64,000 nucleotides of DNA. Origin: Macrostomum lignano (taxonomy: Eukaryota). The position numbers and the translations under genes were made by a program. The stretch lies in assembly GCA_002269645.1 (NCBI GenBank), contig NIVC01001090.1:5084-69083 (forward strand). Reading direction: 5' to 3'. Shown here piece by piece: positions 24,376-36,177 of this stretch. Within the stretch, counting starts at the first letter, position 1. Each line of letters opens with the position of its first letter. A model generated the notes under the pieces. The model saw only the letters and a program-made list of their open reading frames with translations, did no database searches and was not told the origin of the DNA.

Positions 24376-27300
24376 AGGATGCTCAATGGGCCACTTTTAC
24401 AGAAAAGTTTTCACTGGGTTTTGCATTGATATCTTGAAAGACTCTTGTGAGTCCCTTTTTATTGCTACTTTTTTAGTAAATTCGTGTGGGTTAATAACGT
24501 AACACGTGTCGTATATGTACGAGCCAGCTTCATATTTGTGCTGCCTGCATCCCTTTTTGGAAAGTTTCTGCATCAGCTTTCGCCCATCGTGGGATGTCAA
24601 CTTCCATATTTCCGGACCCGGACACCAATCCTCCACCCCATTTAAAGTTCCTGGATATTTTACTGCCTGCACCCGCTGCCAAGAGATTTGGAGAAAAAAC
24701 TTTCCACCACCATTCAGTGAGGTCGATGCACCTCTCGAACATAGTGAGTACTTTCTTCCTTTAATTTTTTGTCTTGCCATGTGTTTAAAAAGCAAATGAA
24801 GTACAAGCTGAGTACAAATCCATCATGCCAAGCGATGTAACTCAATCCAGTGTTTTGATAGCTCAGCTCAATGCAGTTGAAATTAAGTTTGTCTAAGTTG
24901 TGTGAATTTTTTACTCAATTAAAGCTGATAAGCTGAATAATTTTTAACGGCCGTGTAATAAAAAATTATACTACTTTTTCTATGCTGTGCATAACATAAT
25001 CGCCCTCCAAAATGAGTTATTAGTTAACCTTAATCCCCGTAAGACATCCTATCCTGCACCAATCCTGCACGGATTTTGTTATTTTTTTGTTTTTTGTTGC
25101 AGCCAAATAAATTTTCTGTTGGCTTTCCAACCCTGAGCAACAGCGGTTTGTTTCACGGCCAGTAAATTGTGGCTCGTTTTGTTTAACTAAAGCTAATTAT
25201 ATTTTCAACAGATGCTCCAACCTTTGATACCCTTTTCACTGTTTATGATGCAGTTAAGAACTCGTGTTTTGCGGATCTAATACTCGATATAATTTTTATC
25301 TATCTATCTATATGTATCTATTTATTTATCATTAAAATTAATTTAAAAAATCCTGCCAAAATGCACCCGTGTATACAGTTTTGCTGGAATATATCACAAA
25401 TAAGTGCAGCAAAAAGGCTCAGATATCATGATACGGTGATCTTACATCATGATATTCTTAGCCAAAATGCTGCAACAATAAGCCTCTTCACATTACCAAT
25501 TACCAATATGAAGAGCCTCAATGTATCTAGTTGGGATTGTTTACGTGGCGTCGTTTTAAAAGTCTAAATGAAGCATATAATTTTCCTCCAGCATTAGCTT
25601 AGTAAGCTCCACTGTAGCACATGGCCTTGTGAATTATATGCTTATCTCGTATGCTTCCTTAAGTGAAATGCCAAAATGAGCATTATTGTATAAAATGGTG
25701 TTGCTTAACTGCATCACTTTTAGCTATAGGGCGCAGATTAATATAAATTTATCACCCGTGTCAGCAGTTTATACGCGAATTCAGCACAATTTTAGGTACG
25801 ATCACAACATGCATATCCTGCATGCTGGTTGCTTTTACTGCATGCTGGATACTCGTACATATTGCCTGCACAATGACAAACAAACTAGTGAAGTATAGTT
25901 GTTGTTGTTGGTGGTTTCTTATTTGTCTCAGGTGGCCTAGCCGTAGGTCTTGGAATCCCACCGCTGCCACCAATGAAGTGGTTGCTTGTACTTTGCTCGA
26001 TAGCGTCTAGAGGTGTCCTAGCAGATCTTCTGGCTCCTGGTCGGTGACCTCCCGTTGGCGGCTTCTTAGAAAGTAGTTCTCGTAGCGTCGGTAGTGCTGC
26101 CACCAGCTTCACAGAGTCGCAGCCTTCGGTGAGGTGCTGAGCTCGTAGAAGCAAATAACTAAGACGAGAGAAAGAGACTCGCACTTCGTGCAGATTTAGC
26201 AGTTCCCGCGCAGAGGTGCGCACCGTCAGCAGTCCCTGCCGGCTCGTGCGGGGTGAGAGCGAAAGTGCTAGCGTCGGGCCATCTGAGCTGGCCTGCTAAT
26301 TGATAGCAGGAGCAACGGAAGCAGGCACGCGCAAAGTCGGGAGTCTTGGAGTTTAAACTTTAGCACAAACTTGGCACACAAACTTAGAGTGTTCGCTAGA
26401 CGAGGAGAACCGGTTTGGAGCTCTGGAACGGAGGAAACGGGCTAAGGAAAGGCAGAAACGCTTGTCTGAGCCAAGCCATGAGAGGGGCCGCATTTATAGC
26501 GAGGATCGATTGCACCATAGCACGAAAGGCCCCCGCTGAGAGTCATAAGTGAGGCTTTTCATATCACCGATTCCAGAATCAGAATCGGTTCGAATCTTCC
26601 AAGAAAAACAGCAGTATAACTATTTAATTTTGTTGTATGTTTGTCTGTCTTAACAGCCTCACTTTGCACAATTTTTCGGTTTCTTCTTGGCGATTGTCAT
26701 ACAATAATAAAAACTTTACAGCACGTATCTCCCTCTAGTTCCACCAGTGAACGAGCCGAGCCCGGCGCCGCCGAAGGCGGCGTCGGGCGAGAGCGAGAGA
26801 ACCCGAGGCCCCGCCAGGGGCCGAGGGCGAGTGAATAATTTCTACCCATGGCGCGCCGAAGGCCGACATGGGCTAGAAAGTATTTACCAGTAAATAAGTT
26901 AGACTCTAATGCATTTTGAAATTTCACGTTTTTCCGCCAAAAAATGCTCCTGTTTTGCAACCACTGCACCGATTGAGTTGAGTGAGGTGTCGATCGATAG
27001 AAAACTTTTAGATCTATCGAATGAATGTACTTTTAAATGCAGAGATTTTTTAAATGAGCCGTAAAATAACTGGAAAGACGATTTTTTCAAAAGTGCTTCT
27101 AGGAGATCTCAAAATTCTGGTACACCTTACGAGATACAGCTTCGACATCTGAGGATCAAAGTTGTAAAACTAAATTTCCTACAAAATGGTATATGGCGCT
27201 TTGATTTATTTTGGTATCTTTATGTAGTTTTGGTGGGTTTTTGGGTAAAAAATGACCCTCATATTATTATTTCCCCACTTTTTCCTACGAAGCTTTTTGA

Positions 27301-29558
27301 GTTTCGGCTTCAAAGCAGTGCATTTGGATGCGCAATGCAAATATCTACAAGTGTCTAAAGTTTTGTTTTCCTACGCTTCTGCAGTGCTGAGAAAATTGAC
27401 AAAAATCGATTTTTCAAAAAATCACATGACTTTCGCATTATTGCTCATTATAATTTTGAGAACATGGTGCGAATAAGCCAATATCGAATTTCTATAGCGT
27501 AGTTGCTGTACTATATTGGTGTAAATTGCTGCCGTCTGCTTTCGCTGCTTTCGGATTGAAAAATCGATCAGAAATCGATAATTTGTGATTTTTGGCTGAT
27601 TGGGTGTCAGAAAAATGGGTGATTAAAATTTTAAAAGAATGCTAGATCAAATGCGGATACTGCAACGAGTTGTACTAATGTCTGGCTAAAATTTACCAAG
27701 TTTTTGAGTGTCTGCAACAAGTGCTCATGTGTCAAAAGTGATTGGAAATCGATCAGAGTAGTGATTTTTTAATATTTTGCTTGAAATCAGGCAAAATAAC
27801 GCAATAGGACGACAATATTTTTCTGAAATCTGATTTCCCACATAATGAGGCACATTTGTGTGCAATTTCTAGAGATTCGGTTCATTAGGTAAAAAATTAT
27901 CGATAAAAAACTGAAAACTTGATTTGTGACACTTTTGTTCCTTCCGGGGCTAAATAACCGGGAAATGGTAGGAATTTTGCACTGAAACCAATGCACAGTG
28001 TTCCAGACAGTTAATGTAACAAATTTATTCAGTTTCATAACCATTCGATGTTTTCTTCAGGTAAAAAACGCCTTTTTTGCACCAAAATTCATCCGATTAA
28101 GCTGCATACCGCTTTGCAAAATTTGCATTTGCATTCGATTGCTTGCACGTTGCATGTCTTTGGCGTTGGGCTGAGTTAAGCTGGTTAGAAAGGAAAGGAA
28201 AGGAAGGAAAAATCGTAGAATGTACACACACTCCCGTCCCTTCTAAGTGGGGGGCTGTGGCGTGAGGGCTTGGCGGCTTGGTTTGGAGGGCGTGTAATAG
28301 AGCTTCATTTGACTCGCGCACAGACCAAGGAAAATTAGATCGATAAACGGGTGGCACGTGATTAGAATTTCGTATTAAATTTAGCTCTTTAACTGCACAT
28401 TTGAATTGCAAGCCCAGTACAAAGTTTGGCGGGGCAAGCTCCAAGTCACTACGTGTACAATCCTCCCCAGACTAAAAGGCTTATGTCCCTTATGAAGTAG
28501 CTATGTACAGTGTTTTGGAATGACTGTATTTATAGCTTTCTTTGCAAAATATAACCCTGCTACGCTCTGGAGTCATTAGAAATTTTTTTATATCGAGGCC
28601 TTCCAAAGCCTATTATAGAAGACTCGATTCCAGCTCATGGCTGCGGGTCAGATGAGAGAGAAAGAGAATAGAGAAGAGATAAGACTAAAGAGAAGATAAG
28701 AGATAAAACGAGAGCTAGAAGCGAAAGGAGAGGAGAGGGGAGACTAGAGAGAGATTAGAGTGGAGAGAAACAGAACAGACAAAGGGAGAAAATGGGAGAA
28801 GTAGAGATTTACATTTTTATTGAGCTTCTCAAAGTTCTTTTTCATCGGTACAAAACTAGGTTTATCAAGTAGTATGAAGACCCACGTCTAAAAAGAAGCC
28901 CGTTCACTGGTGGCAAAAAGACGTGTGCGTCTTCATACTACTTGTTATGGAGACAAAAAGTTATACTTCACAAATTGGTTCTGGTTCTGGAACAAGGACA
29001 AGCAATATGAAAAGGCCCAGTGACTCTGTTGCTATTTTTAGCAACAAACAAGCGGGCCCTGCCTCAGAGGAGGCAAGGGGGGGTCTGGGCGCACGTGATC
29101 TCCCCATAAACACGAGCCCAGCGTACAATGATGAAATCATTGCACTTTGGACTAAAGAAGGAAGAAGGCCTTGTCATGTGACTGACTCACATGAGTCAGA
29201 AGGCACTCGTGACCGTGGGACCGGAAAACAGAAAGGCATTCCAAATTTGGAGATGCCCAAGAACGAAACAGAGGCAGGCCAGACCAAGCTGTCTTGGCAC
29301 TGCAAAAAGGGAAAACGAGACAAAAGGGGGCAAACGAGGACAAACAGACAGACAGACAAACGGGCAGAGGACAGGCCAGAGGACAGGCGGGGGGGGGACA
29401 GGCAACTGCCCAGCGGCAGACAGAAGCCCGGGGCGAGGGCGAGGGCAACAGCTGACTAGTGCGGCGCCTAACTAAACTAGCGACTCACTACACTAGTACC
29501 GTCTAAATTCAATATTGTAGCCTAATCACAACTGAATAGTATTGCTTTCTATCTCTTC

Positions 29559-30225
29559 TCTCTAAATATAAAATCAAAACTCTGTCTGTCTGTCTGTCTG
29601 TGGACAATTTCGATCGCTATGGACTCCCAAACCGCTCAACCAAATTACACCAAACTTTACACCCACCCTAAACTTACTACGGAGAATGTCTTAGGCTACC
29701 TTTTAATTTCCTAGACTCAAGTCTTCCTACCTAAAAGTACAAAAAACTGCTCAAACGCGATTTTTTCACTAAATCCTCCATAGCGCCGCCTCCAGTTTTA
29801 CCAATCCTCTTCAAATTTGACACGAACAATCTTCAACTATTTAGGCACAATCATGTAAACTTTAAAGTCTCAAAGTTAATCCTAAACAGCGCTGTGCACT
29901 TTTAAAGTTAGGCTGCTTTTTTCAGCGAGGCAGCCACCGCAACCTCCGCCCGCCTGCTTCTCTTTCCCGATCTGGGCCCAGATGTGTATAAGGTTTTCAA
30001 AGTTGACTAACTTTCAGCTGCCATAAGTTTGCTCCACGTAAAGCGATTGACTCTAAACTTGACACAATACTTCATTGAATCATTCTCTGTCTAAATGTAA
30101 AGTTTCAACTCTCTAACTCAATCAGAACAGAAACTGTAAGCATGTGAAGTTTGTCTGCTTTTTCTGTTGTTTGTGCCACTCACTCACTCATTCCCCCAGA
30201 GCCAGACGAAGGATCAGGCGATAGG
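29559..30225 (+). mobile_element. Possible non-autonomous Helitron-like element
   Basis: Starts TCTCTAAATATAAAATCAAAA followed by (CTGT)n, a layout typical of invertebrate non-autonomous Helitrons; the 3' end is only loosely hairpin-like. Confidence 0.35.
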
Positions 30226-31339
30226 ACTGAATGTACATAGCAAATGTACAGTGTTTTGGAATAACTTTTTTATAGCCTCCTCGCACCCCGAGAGTGGAGA
30301 GGCTACGTTTAGCCATAACAGTTTAATTAGTGAGAAATTCTAACCACTGCCCTCCCCTCCTCTGTATTGGCAAACTCTGCAGCAGTTTAACAGTGGATGG
30401 CAATTGGCAAATCGAGGGAATCCAGCAAAAAAGCGAAAGCGAAAAGCGATTTGTAAAAGCGAAAGGTTTATGAAAAGGCGATGCGATGCAATGCACAATG
30501 CAATACAACCCTACTAAATTAGGCACACCCATGGAAATTTTAGGTTTCTTTTAAAGGTAGTGTGTAAATTTTAAATGGCCTCCTAAGAAATGCGTATTTC
30601 CTTGGTTGTTAGACTGATGCAGACTGCAGTGGAGCTGAAAATATAAAAATTCCTTTCAGGGCTGCAAATTGGCAAGAAAGATGACGTGATCAAAGCATGA
30701 GAACAACGATGAGAGTAGTACGTCCCACAAACTGCCTTTCGAAGCAGGGATCGGCAGACTTTTACTTCAAAAGCCAGATAAAGAATCCAGCTTATGTGCG
30801 GGCCAGATGAGAGTGGAAAGGAGAAGGAATAGACTATTAGAAGAGAGGAGAGGCGAGAGGGGGATAAGAGAAAACATGGAAGATAAGAGGAGAGACAAGT
30901 GGTGAGGAGAGAGCAGAGAAGAAGGGAGGAAGAAGCGAGAGGAGGGGAGAAAGGAGGGAGAGGAAAGAGTAAATGTGAGAAGAGGGGAGAGATGAGACAG
31001 AGGATCGATGAGAGGAGAGTAAAGAAGAGTGAGAAGAGAGTAGAGATGAGAGAGCAGAAAGAAGATGACAGCGGGTCAAGAGGAGAGGAGAGATTAGAGA
31101 GGAGAGAGTAGAAAGGATAGAGAAGAGAGGAGATTAGAGGGGAGAGGAGTGAGAAGAGAAGAGATAGAGATAAGAGAGGGGTGTAAGAAGAGGGGAGAAA
31201 GGAGAGATGAGATTAGTAGTAATAGAAAATTACGTCCATACCACATTTTTCAATTGCAAAACACGTAATAAGGTACCCGTCAGAAATTTTATTACGCACA
31301 TACCTTATTTTTCTATTAAAAATCAAGTAGTAAGGTACC

Positions 31340-31486
31340 GGACCAAATGGTAGAGTATTCTACAGGAATTTCAACTACACGGCACAGTACCCACAAAGAA
31401 TTCAAAAGAAGAAAAGATCTCAATTTCGATCAACCAAGCAACTTGTCCAAAAAGATACCGAACCAAATGGTAGGGTATTCTACAGG
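31340..31486. repeat. 120-bp tandem repeat; the second unit is split by element A and continues at 42781-42875
   Basis: TACAGG occurs at 31361 and 31481 (period 120). The sequence after 42780 resumes the unit (TACAGGAATTCCAACTACAC...). Confidence 0.9.
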
Positions 31487-31559
31487 ACTACTAAGGGCCG
31501 GCAGATCCGGGCGTTTTTGGAGGTGGGGTGGGTGTCAACCCACCTCGCTTCTCATTGGC

Positions 31560-32420
31560 GCGCGCGCCGCAGGCGCGTGGCGCCAAGCGCCAATCAGGCG
31601 CCCATGCCGCAGGCGCACTGCACCCTCCCGATATGTGCACCCTCCCGAGCCGCAGGCGACCCTCCCGATATGTATGCCGCAGGCGCCCATGCCGCAGGGG
31701 TACCCTCCCGACATGTATGCGCACTCCCGATATGTACCCCGATATGTATGCCCTCCCTCCAGAGCAGCAGGCGCCCATGCCGCAGGCGCTCCACTCTCCC
31801 AAACCGCAGGCACTCGAGTGTACACTCTCCCAAACCGCAGGCATCCGAGTGTACACTCTCCCATGCCGCAGGCACCCCGAGTGTACACTCTCCTCAGTAC
31901 ACTCTCCCCAGTACACTCTCCCGATATGTATGCATACACAGATATGTAGTCAATGATATTAGGCTAGTGAAAACTACTTATAGTAGGTGAAATTGTGTAT
32001 ATTTACATAAAAATAGTAGGCAAAACATATTGGTAGGTGTAAATAATGGTGCATAATGCATATTAAAATGTACATATTGATGCATATGAGCAGCAAAAAA
32101 CACACCATGTAGGTGCATATTATATTGACAGAAATAGACAAAGCAGGTACATATCGCATTATTAGTGTAGTAGGCGCTAATAAAACATAGGCGGAAATAC
32201 ACACAGTATAATGCAGGTGCATACATACACAAAATGTAGGTGCAAATTGAGTATAATACAGGAAAATTACATAGCATATAATGTAGGCAGATTTTAAACA
32301 TTTTGCATATTAACCCGCAGGCACAAATTTCAATGCATAGGATAAAATACACACACTGGAAGTTAAGTATAATACAACATATGCATGCAAAATTAAGCAT
32401 ATAATGTAGGTGCAAAGTAA
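31560..32420. repeat. Subterminal repeat zone of element A (mirrored at about 41850-42710)
   Basis: Iterated CCGCAGGCGCCCATG, CCCTCCCGATATGT and GAGTGTACACTCTC motifs, then AT-rich TAGGTGCA repeats. Confidence 0.75.
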
Positions 32421-32757
32421 AATATCCAGCCCAGGATATTCGAGACACGCCCCCAGAGCCAGGGCCGGGGATCCCAATGTACAGTGCGGGCAGAGTAACA
32501 TAGAGAAATTCAATTCCTCCCCAGGGCCGGGGGATCCCAATGTACAGTGCGGGCAGAGAGGAGTAACAGAGACCGCCCCAATGCACAGTGGAGGTAGCAG
32601 ACCGCATACAAAGAGAATTCTCCCCAGGGGAGCTTCCAAATAGGTTTTATTATCTCAAGTGCCGCGCAGACAGGGAAAATCACGTACAGGGAGAAAAAAC
32701 CGCAAACCCCAGTAAACCTCCAGCCGCTCCTCAGTGTTGTTTCATGCCGCCTCCTCC

Positions 32758-33441
32758 TCAAGGGTCTCGAATCAGTAGTCGGCCGACTGCAATGGGGAAA
32801 TTAAAACAATTAATGTAGAAAGAATATATGCTTTGTATATGATAAGACGAATTGTGTATACAGTGTAATATCTTACCATAGGTGGGGGCGGCAGAGGCAG
32901 AGACACCGGGGGAGGCAGCACCAGAGTCGGCAGCGGCAGCAGTGGCGGCAGAGGCAGAGACACCAGAGTCGGCAGCAGGGGCGGCAGAGGCAGAGACACC
33001 GGGGGAGGCCGCACCAGAGTCGGCAGCGGCAGCAGGGGCGGCAGAGGCTGAGACACCAGAGTCGGCAGCGGCAGAGTCGGCATCGGCGGCAGAGGTGGCA
33101 GGGGCGGCAGCGGCAGAGGCACCAGAGTCGGCAGCGGCGGCGTTCACACCCCCTCCGATAGTCAGCGGTGGGAGGTCGAAAATCTCAGACCCGGTGTCGC
33201 TATCGTAGCTATTACCCCACGGGATGTCGAAAATCTCAGATCCCGGGTCGCTATCGTAGGTAATAGCCCACAAAGCCCAAGATAAGGCTATATCAGCACC
33301 CCAATTTTCAGGATAGTCAAGTCCGCCGTTTTCTATGCCTATGGGGATTATATGTTCGGGTATTTCACCGTCGAGGGAGGCTAATTCTTCAGATGGGCGG
33401 TTTTTATCCCAGAGGGTGGATAGAGCTCGGCGGCGGGACAT
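32758..33441 (-). CDS. Hypothetical 227-aa protein with an Ala/Ser/Asp-rich repeat (left-arm copy)
   Basis: ATG-initiated ORF, identical copy at 40825-41508; a possible intron follows ...CCTATG|GTAAG. No family recognised. Confidence 0.5.
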   Translation of the reverse strand: MSRRRALSTLWDKNRPSEELASLDGEIPEHIIPIGIENGGLDYPENWGADIALSWALWAITYDSDPGSEIFDIPWGNSYDSDTGSEIFDLPPLTIGGGVNAAAADSGASAAAAPATSAADADSAAADSGVSASAAPAAAADSGAASPGVSASAAPAADSGVSASAATAAAADSGAASPGVSASAAPTYGKILHCIHNSSYHIQSIYSFYINCFNFPIAVGRLLIRDP

Positions 33442-33553
33442 GTTGGAATCAGCAGACTATAGTATCAGGGCTAGGATTAGGGTTTGGCTCTCTAGAGGCT
33501 GGCTAGATTAGTTATATAGGGAGCCCCGCCGGGTGGCGCGAGCCAATAGGGAA

Positions 33554-34102
33554 CTACCAGCGCTGACTCTCGTCAAACAGATTTTCCCAGGGCGGGAATT
33601 GGTAGGGTTTGAGACCCACAACCTGGAGAACATCCTGGAGATTTTCTTCCTCCTCCTCAGTCCTGGCTACCAGAGAGGTATCGGTCCTGGCGCGCTTGGC
33701 TGGCGGCGGGGCCTTGGGTTTGAAGAGCTTGCCCAAACGGGCGGCAAACATCCGGCGCCACAGTTCCGGCGTGAATTCAATTGTGTAGCGCCAATTGAAC
33801 TTTGGATCCCGATTAAGCCAATTGCGCCGCAAACGAATCCTCCCCTGTGAAGCTTCTGCCGCCTTGAAGCTGCCCAACACGACTCTCTTGTCCACGTGAA
33901 GACGTGCCGCAGCCTCCAGGTCAGGGCGTGCAGCTTCGAGCTTCTTCCACTCGACCTCGCTTAAATAGATTGCTGGGAAGCCGTCCTTCCACACTCCAGC
34001 TTCGTCGGTGTAGAGCCGACGGATTTCAATTAAGTCATGCTCCGTTTCAAATGTGGGCTTCCGCGCCACAAAGTTTTCGTATAGAGCGATAGAAGAAGAC
34101 AT
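33554..34102 (-). CDS. PC4-like ssDNA-binding-domain protein, 182 aa (left-arm copy)
   Basis: LIEIRRLYTDEAGVWKDGFPAIYLSEVEWKKL resembles the PC4 signature; a TATATAAA box lies about 45 bp upstream. Confidence 0.6.
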   Translation of the reverse strand: MSSSIALYENFVARKPTFETEHDLIEIRRLYTDEAGVWKDGFPAIYLSEVEWKKLEAARPDLEAAARLHVDKRVVLGSFKAAEASQGRIRLRRNWLNRDPKFNWRYTIEFTPELWRRMFAARLGKLFKPKAPPPAKRARTDTSLVARTEEEEENLQDVLQVVGLKPYQFPPWENLFDESQRW

Positions 34103-34318
34103 GATTAGCAGCAGCAGCAGAGAGCTCTCCGACAGCCGCGCAGCGCTTTATATACCCCCAGATGGAGGGTGGGAGGGTGTGATTTTGGGGTGATTTTGAG
34201 TGATTCTGGTTGGTTTTTTGGTGATTTGGCCAATAATAGACGAGCTAAGCAGGTTTTTAGTATATATTCGGACCCCTAGAACAGGGGTAGAGAGATAATC
34301 CTTCTCTCTGTATGCAAA

Positions 34319-36177
34319 ATGGCTAAACGCAGCGCAGCATCGACTACTTTCCCAGCTGACAAGAGGCAACGTCTTTATGGTAAGTTTTAATTAATTTCTA
34401 TCCGGTTGTATATCAGTCTAGACGGGTTTTGAGTTGCTGCAGCAGGGAGCTTCTATGAATTGGCAGGGGCAGGAGCAAGAGAGGCGCGATAGAGAGTTGA
34501 TAAGAGCAGACTAGACAGGCGGGGGCTAACAAAGAGTTGAGGGGTTTACCGCTGTGACAGCTTCAGGCGCATGCGGGCTATAGAATTCAGAGTGCTGCGA
34601 CAGGGAGCTTACGAGTTTGAGTAGGGAGGGGGCGCAAACAAAGAGCAGGCAGGATGCGGCTAGGGTTAAAAAATTGCAGAGAATTTCAGCAGGAGGGTCT
34701 ACGCGCGAGGGATTATGAGCCAGGCGGGATAAAAAATGGTGGGCGCTCTGACAGCTGCAGGAGCATGCGGGAATTCAGAGTGCAGCAGCAGGGCATGCGA
34801 GTTTGAGTAGAGAGGGGGCGCAAACAAAGAGCAGGCCGGATAACAGCTGCGGGCTGGGGTTAAAAAAATTGCAGAGCATTTCAACAGGAGGGCCTGAGCG
34901 CAAGGGGTTATGCGTGAGCGCAAACAATGAGCCAGGCCAGATAAAAAATGGTGGGCGCTCTGACAGCTGCAGGAGCATGCGGGAATTCAGAGTGCTGCGA
35001 CAGGGAGCTTACGAGTTTGAGTAGGGAGGGTGCGCAAACAAAGAACCAGGCAGGATGCGGGCTAGGGTTAAAAAATTGCAGAGCGTTTCAGCAGCAGGGC
35101 TTGCTTGCGAGGGGTAGCGCAAACAAAGAGCCAGGCAGGATGCGGCTAGGGTTAAAAAAATTGCAGAGCGTTTCAGCAGCAGGGCTTGTGCGGGAGGAGT
35201 AGCGCAAACAATGAGCCAGGCCGGATGCGGCTAGGGTTAAAAAATTGCAGATGCGTCTCGGCAGGGGGGCATGCGTGCGAGGGGTTATGGGGGAGCGCTA
35301 ACAAAGAGCCAGGCGGGATGCGGCTGGGGTTAAAAAAATTGCAGAGCGTGTCGGTGGGAGGGCCTGAGCGCAAGGGGGGGGGGAGCGTGAACAATGAGTC
35401 GGTTGGAGTCTGATCCTGGGGTGCCACGAATTGACAGATTCTTCTGGTTTTTTATCTCCTTGTGTTTTTTCAGACGCGTTTGTCCCGCCTGCCCAACCTG
35501 AATTTGTTACCGGACCGGGTGAGTTATCCAGCCCCCCTATTCCCCAGGCAGACCCGGGCTGACTCACACTCCCCCTTCATTCCCCCTACAGGTTTTACGG
35601 CCCGGCTGGATAATCAGCGCGACCTGCCCAAGTTTAGGGCCAAGGGTGTGGAATATGTGGTAAAGTTGGATGGTACTAGCGACTTACGCGAGACATTTGC
35701 CAGTTTGCTCGAAGTATTCAAGCAGGATTTGGCTGGTGATGAATTTATGGCCGCGAAATTCGAGAGTGATAATATGCTCAAAGCAGCCCACACTCCCCCG
35801 GTGCGTGCGGCCCGCATGACAGCAGAGTTGTTGTTTAAGCACATTGACAAGATTGTGCAGTCAGACGCAAGCGTACTGTCGAGCAACTTTTCTATCCGGT
35901 TGCTAAAGGCCTGGGTGCCTCGAGGTGGATGTGCTCTCGAGAACAAGCATCTAGAAGAGAGGCACGCTTTTTCAAAGCACTATGTCCGCATCACCAACAC
36001 GGACAAGAGGTGCCTGCTGCGAGCTCTGGTCGTGGCCTGCGCCTATCTGCAATTTGTGGCCAAGCGCATCACCGAGGATGTGTGGCGCAGGATCAAGGCC
36101 AATTCACCCAAGCAGACTAAGCTGGTGACTGAGCTGCAAGTCGAAGCAGGCCTCTACACGGTAAGTTGTGCACTAAT
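34319..36177 (+). pseudogene. Left-arm duplicate of pPolB exons 1-3 (34319-34379, 35474-35518, 35592-36160), ending at the fold-back junction
   Basis: Mirror of 39948-38090; breaks 17 nt into intron 3. Confidence 0.75.
34560..35390. repeat. Composite tandem repeat in pPolB intron 1 (mirrored at about 38880-39710)
   Basis: GGGTTAAAAAATTGCAGA recurs at least six times within 80-200-bp units. Confidence 0.8.

Noticed and set aside
25885-26500. Histone-H3-like or other gene on the - strand behind a TATAAAT at about 26495
   Set aside because: KKPPTGGHRPG resembles the H3 tail only superficially, there is no histone fold, and the nearby ATG frame stops after four codons.
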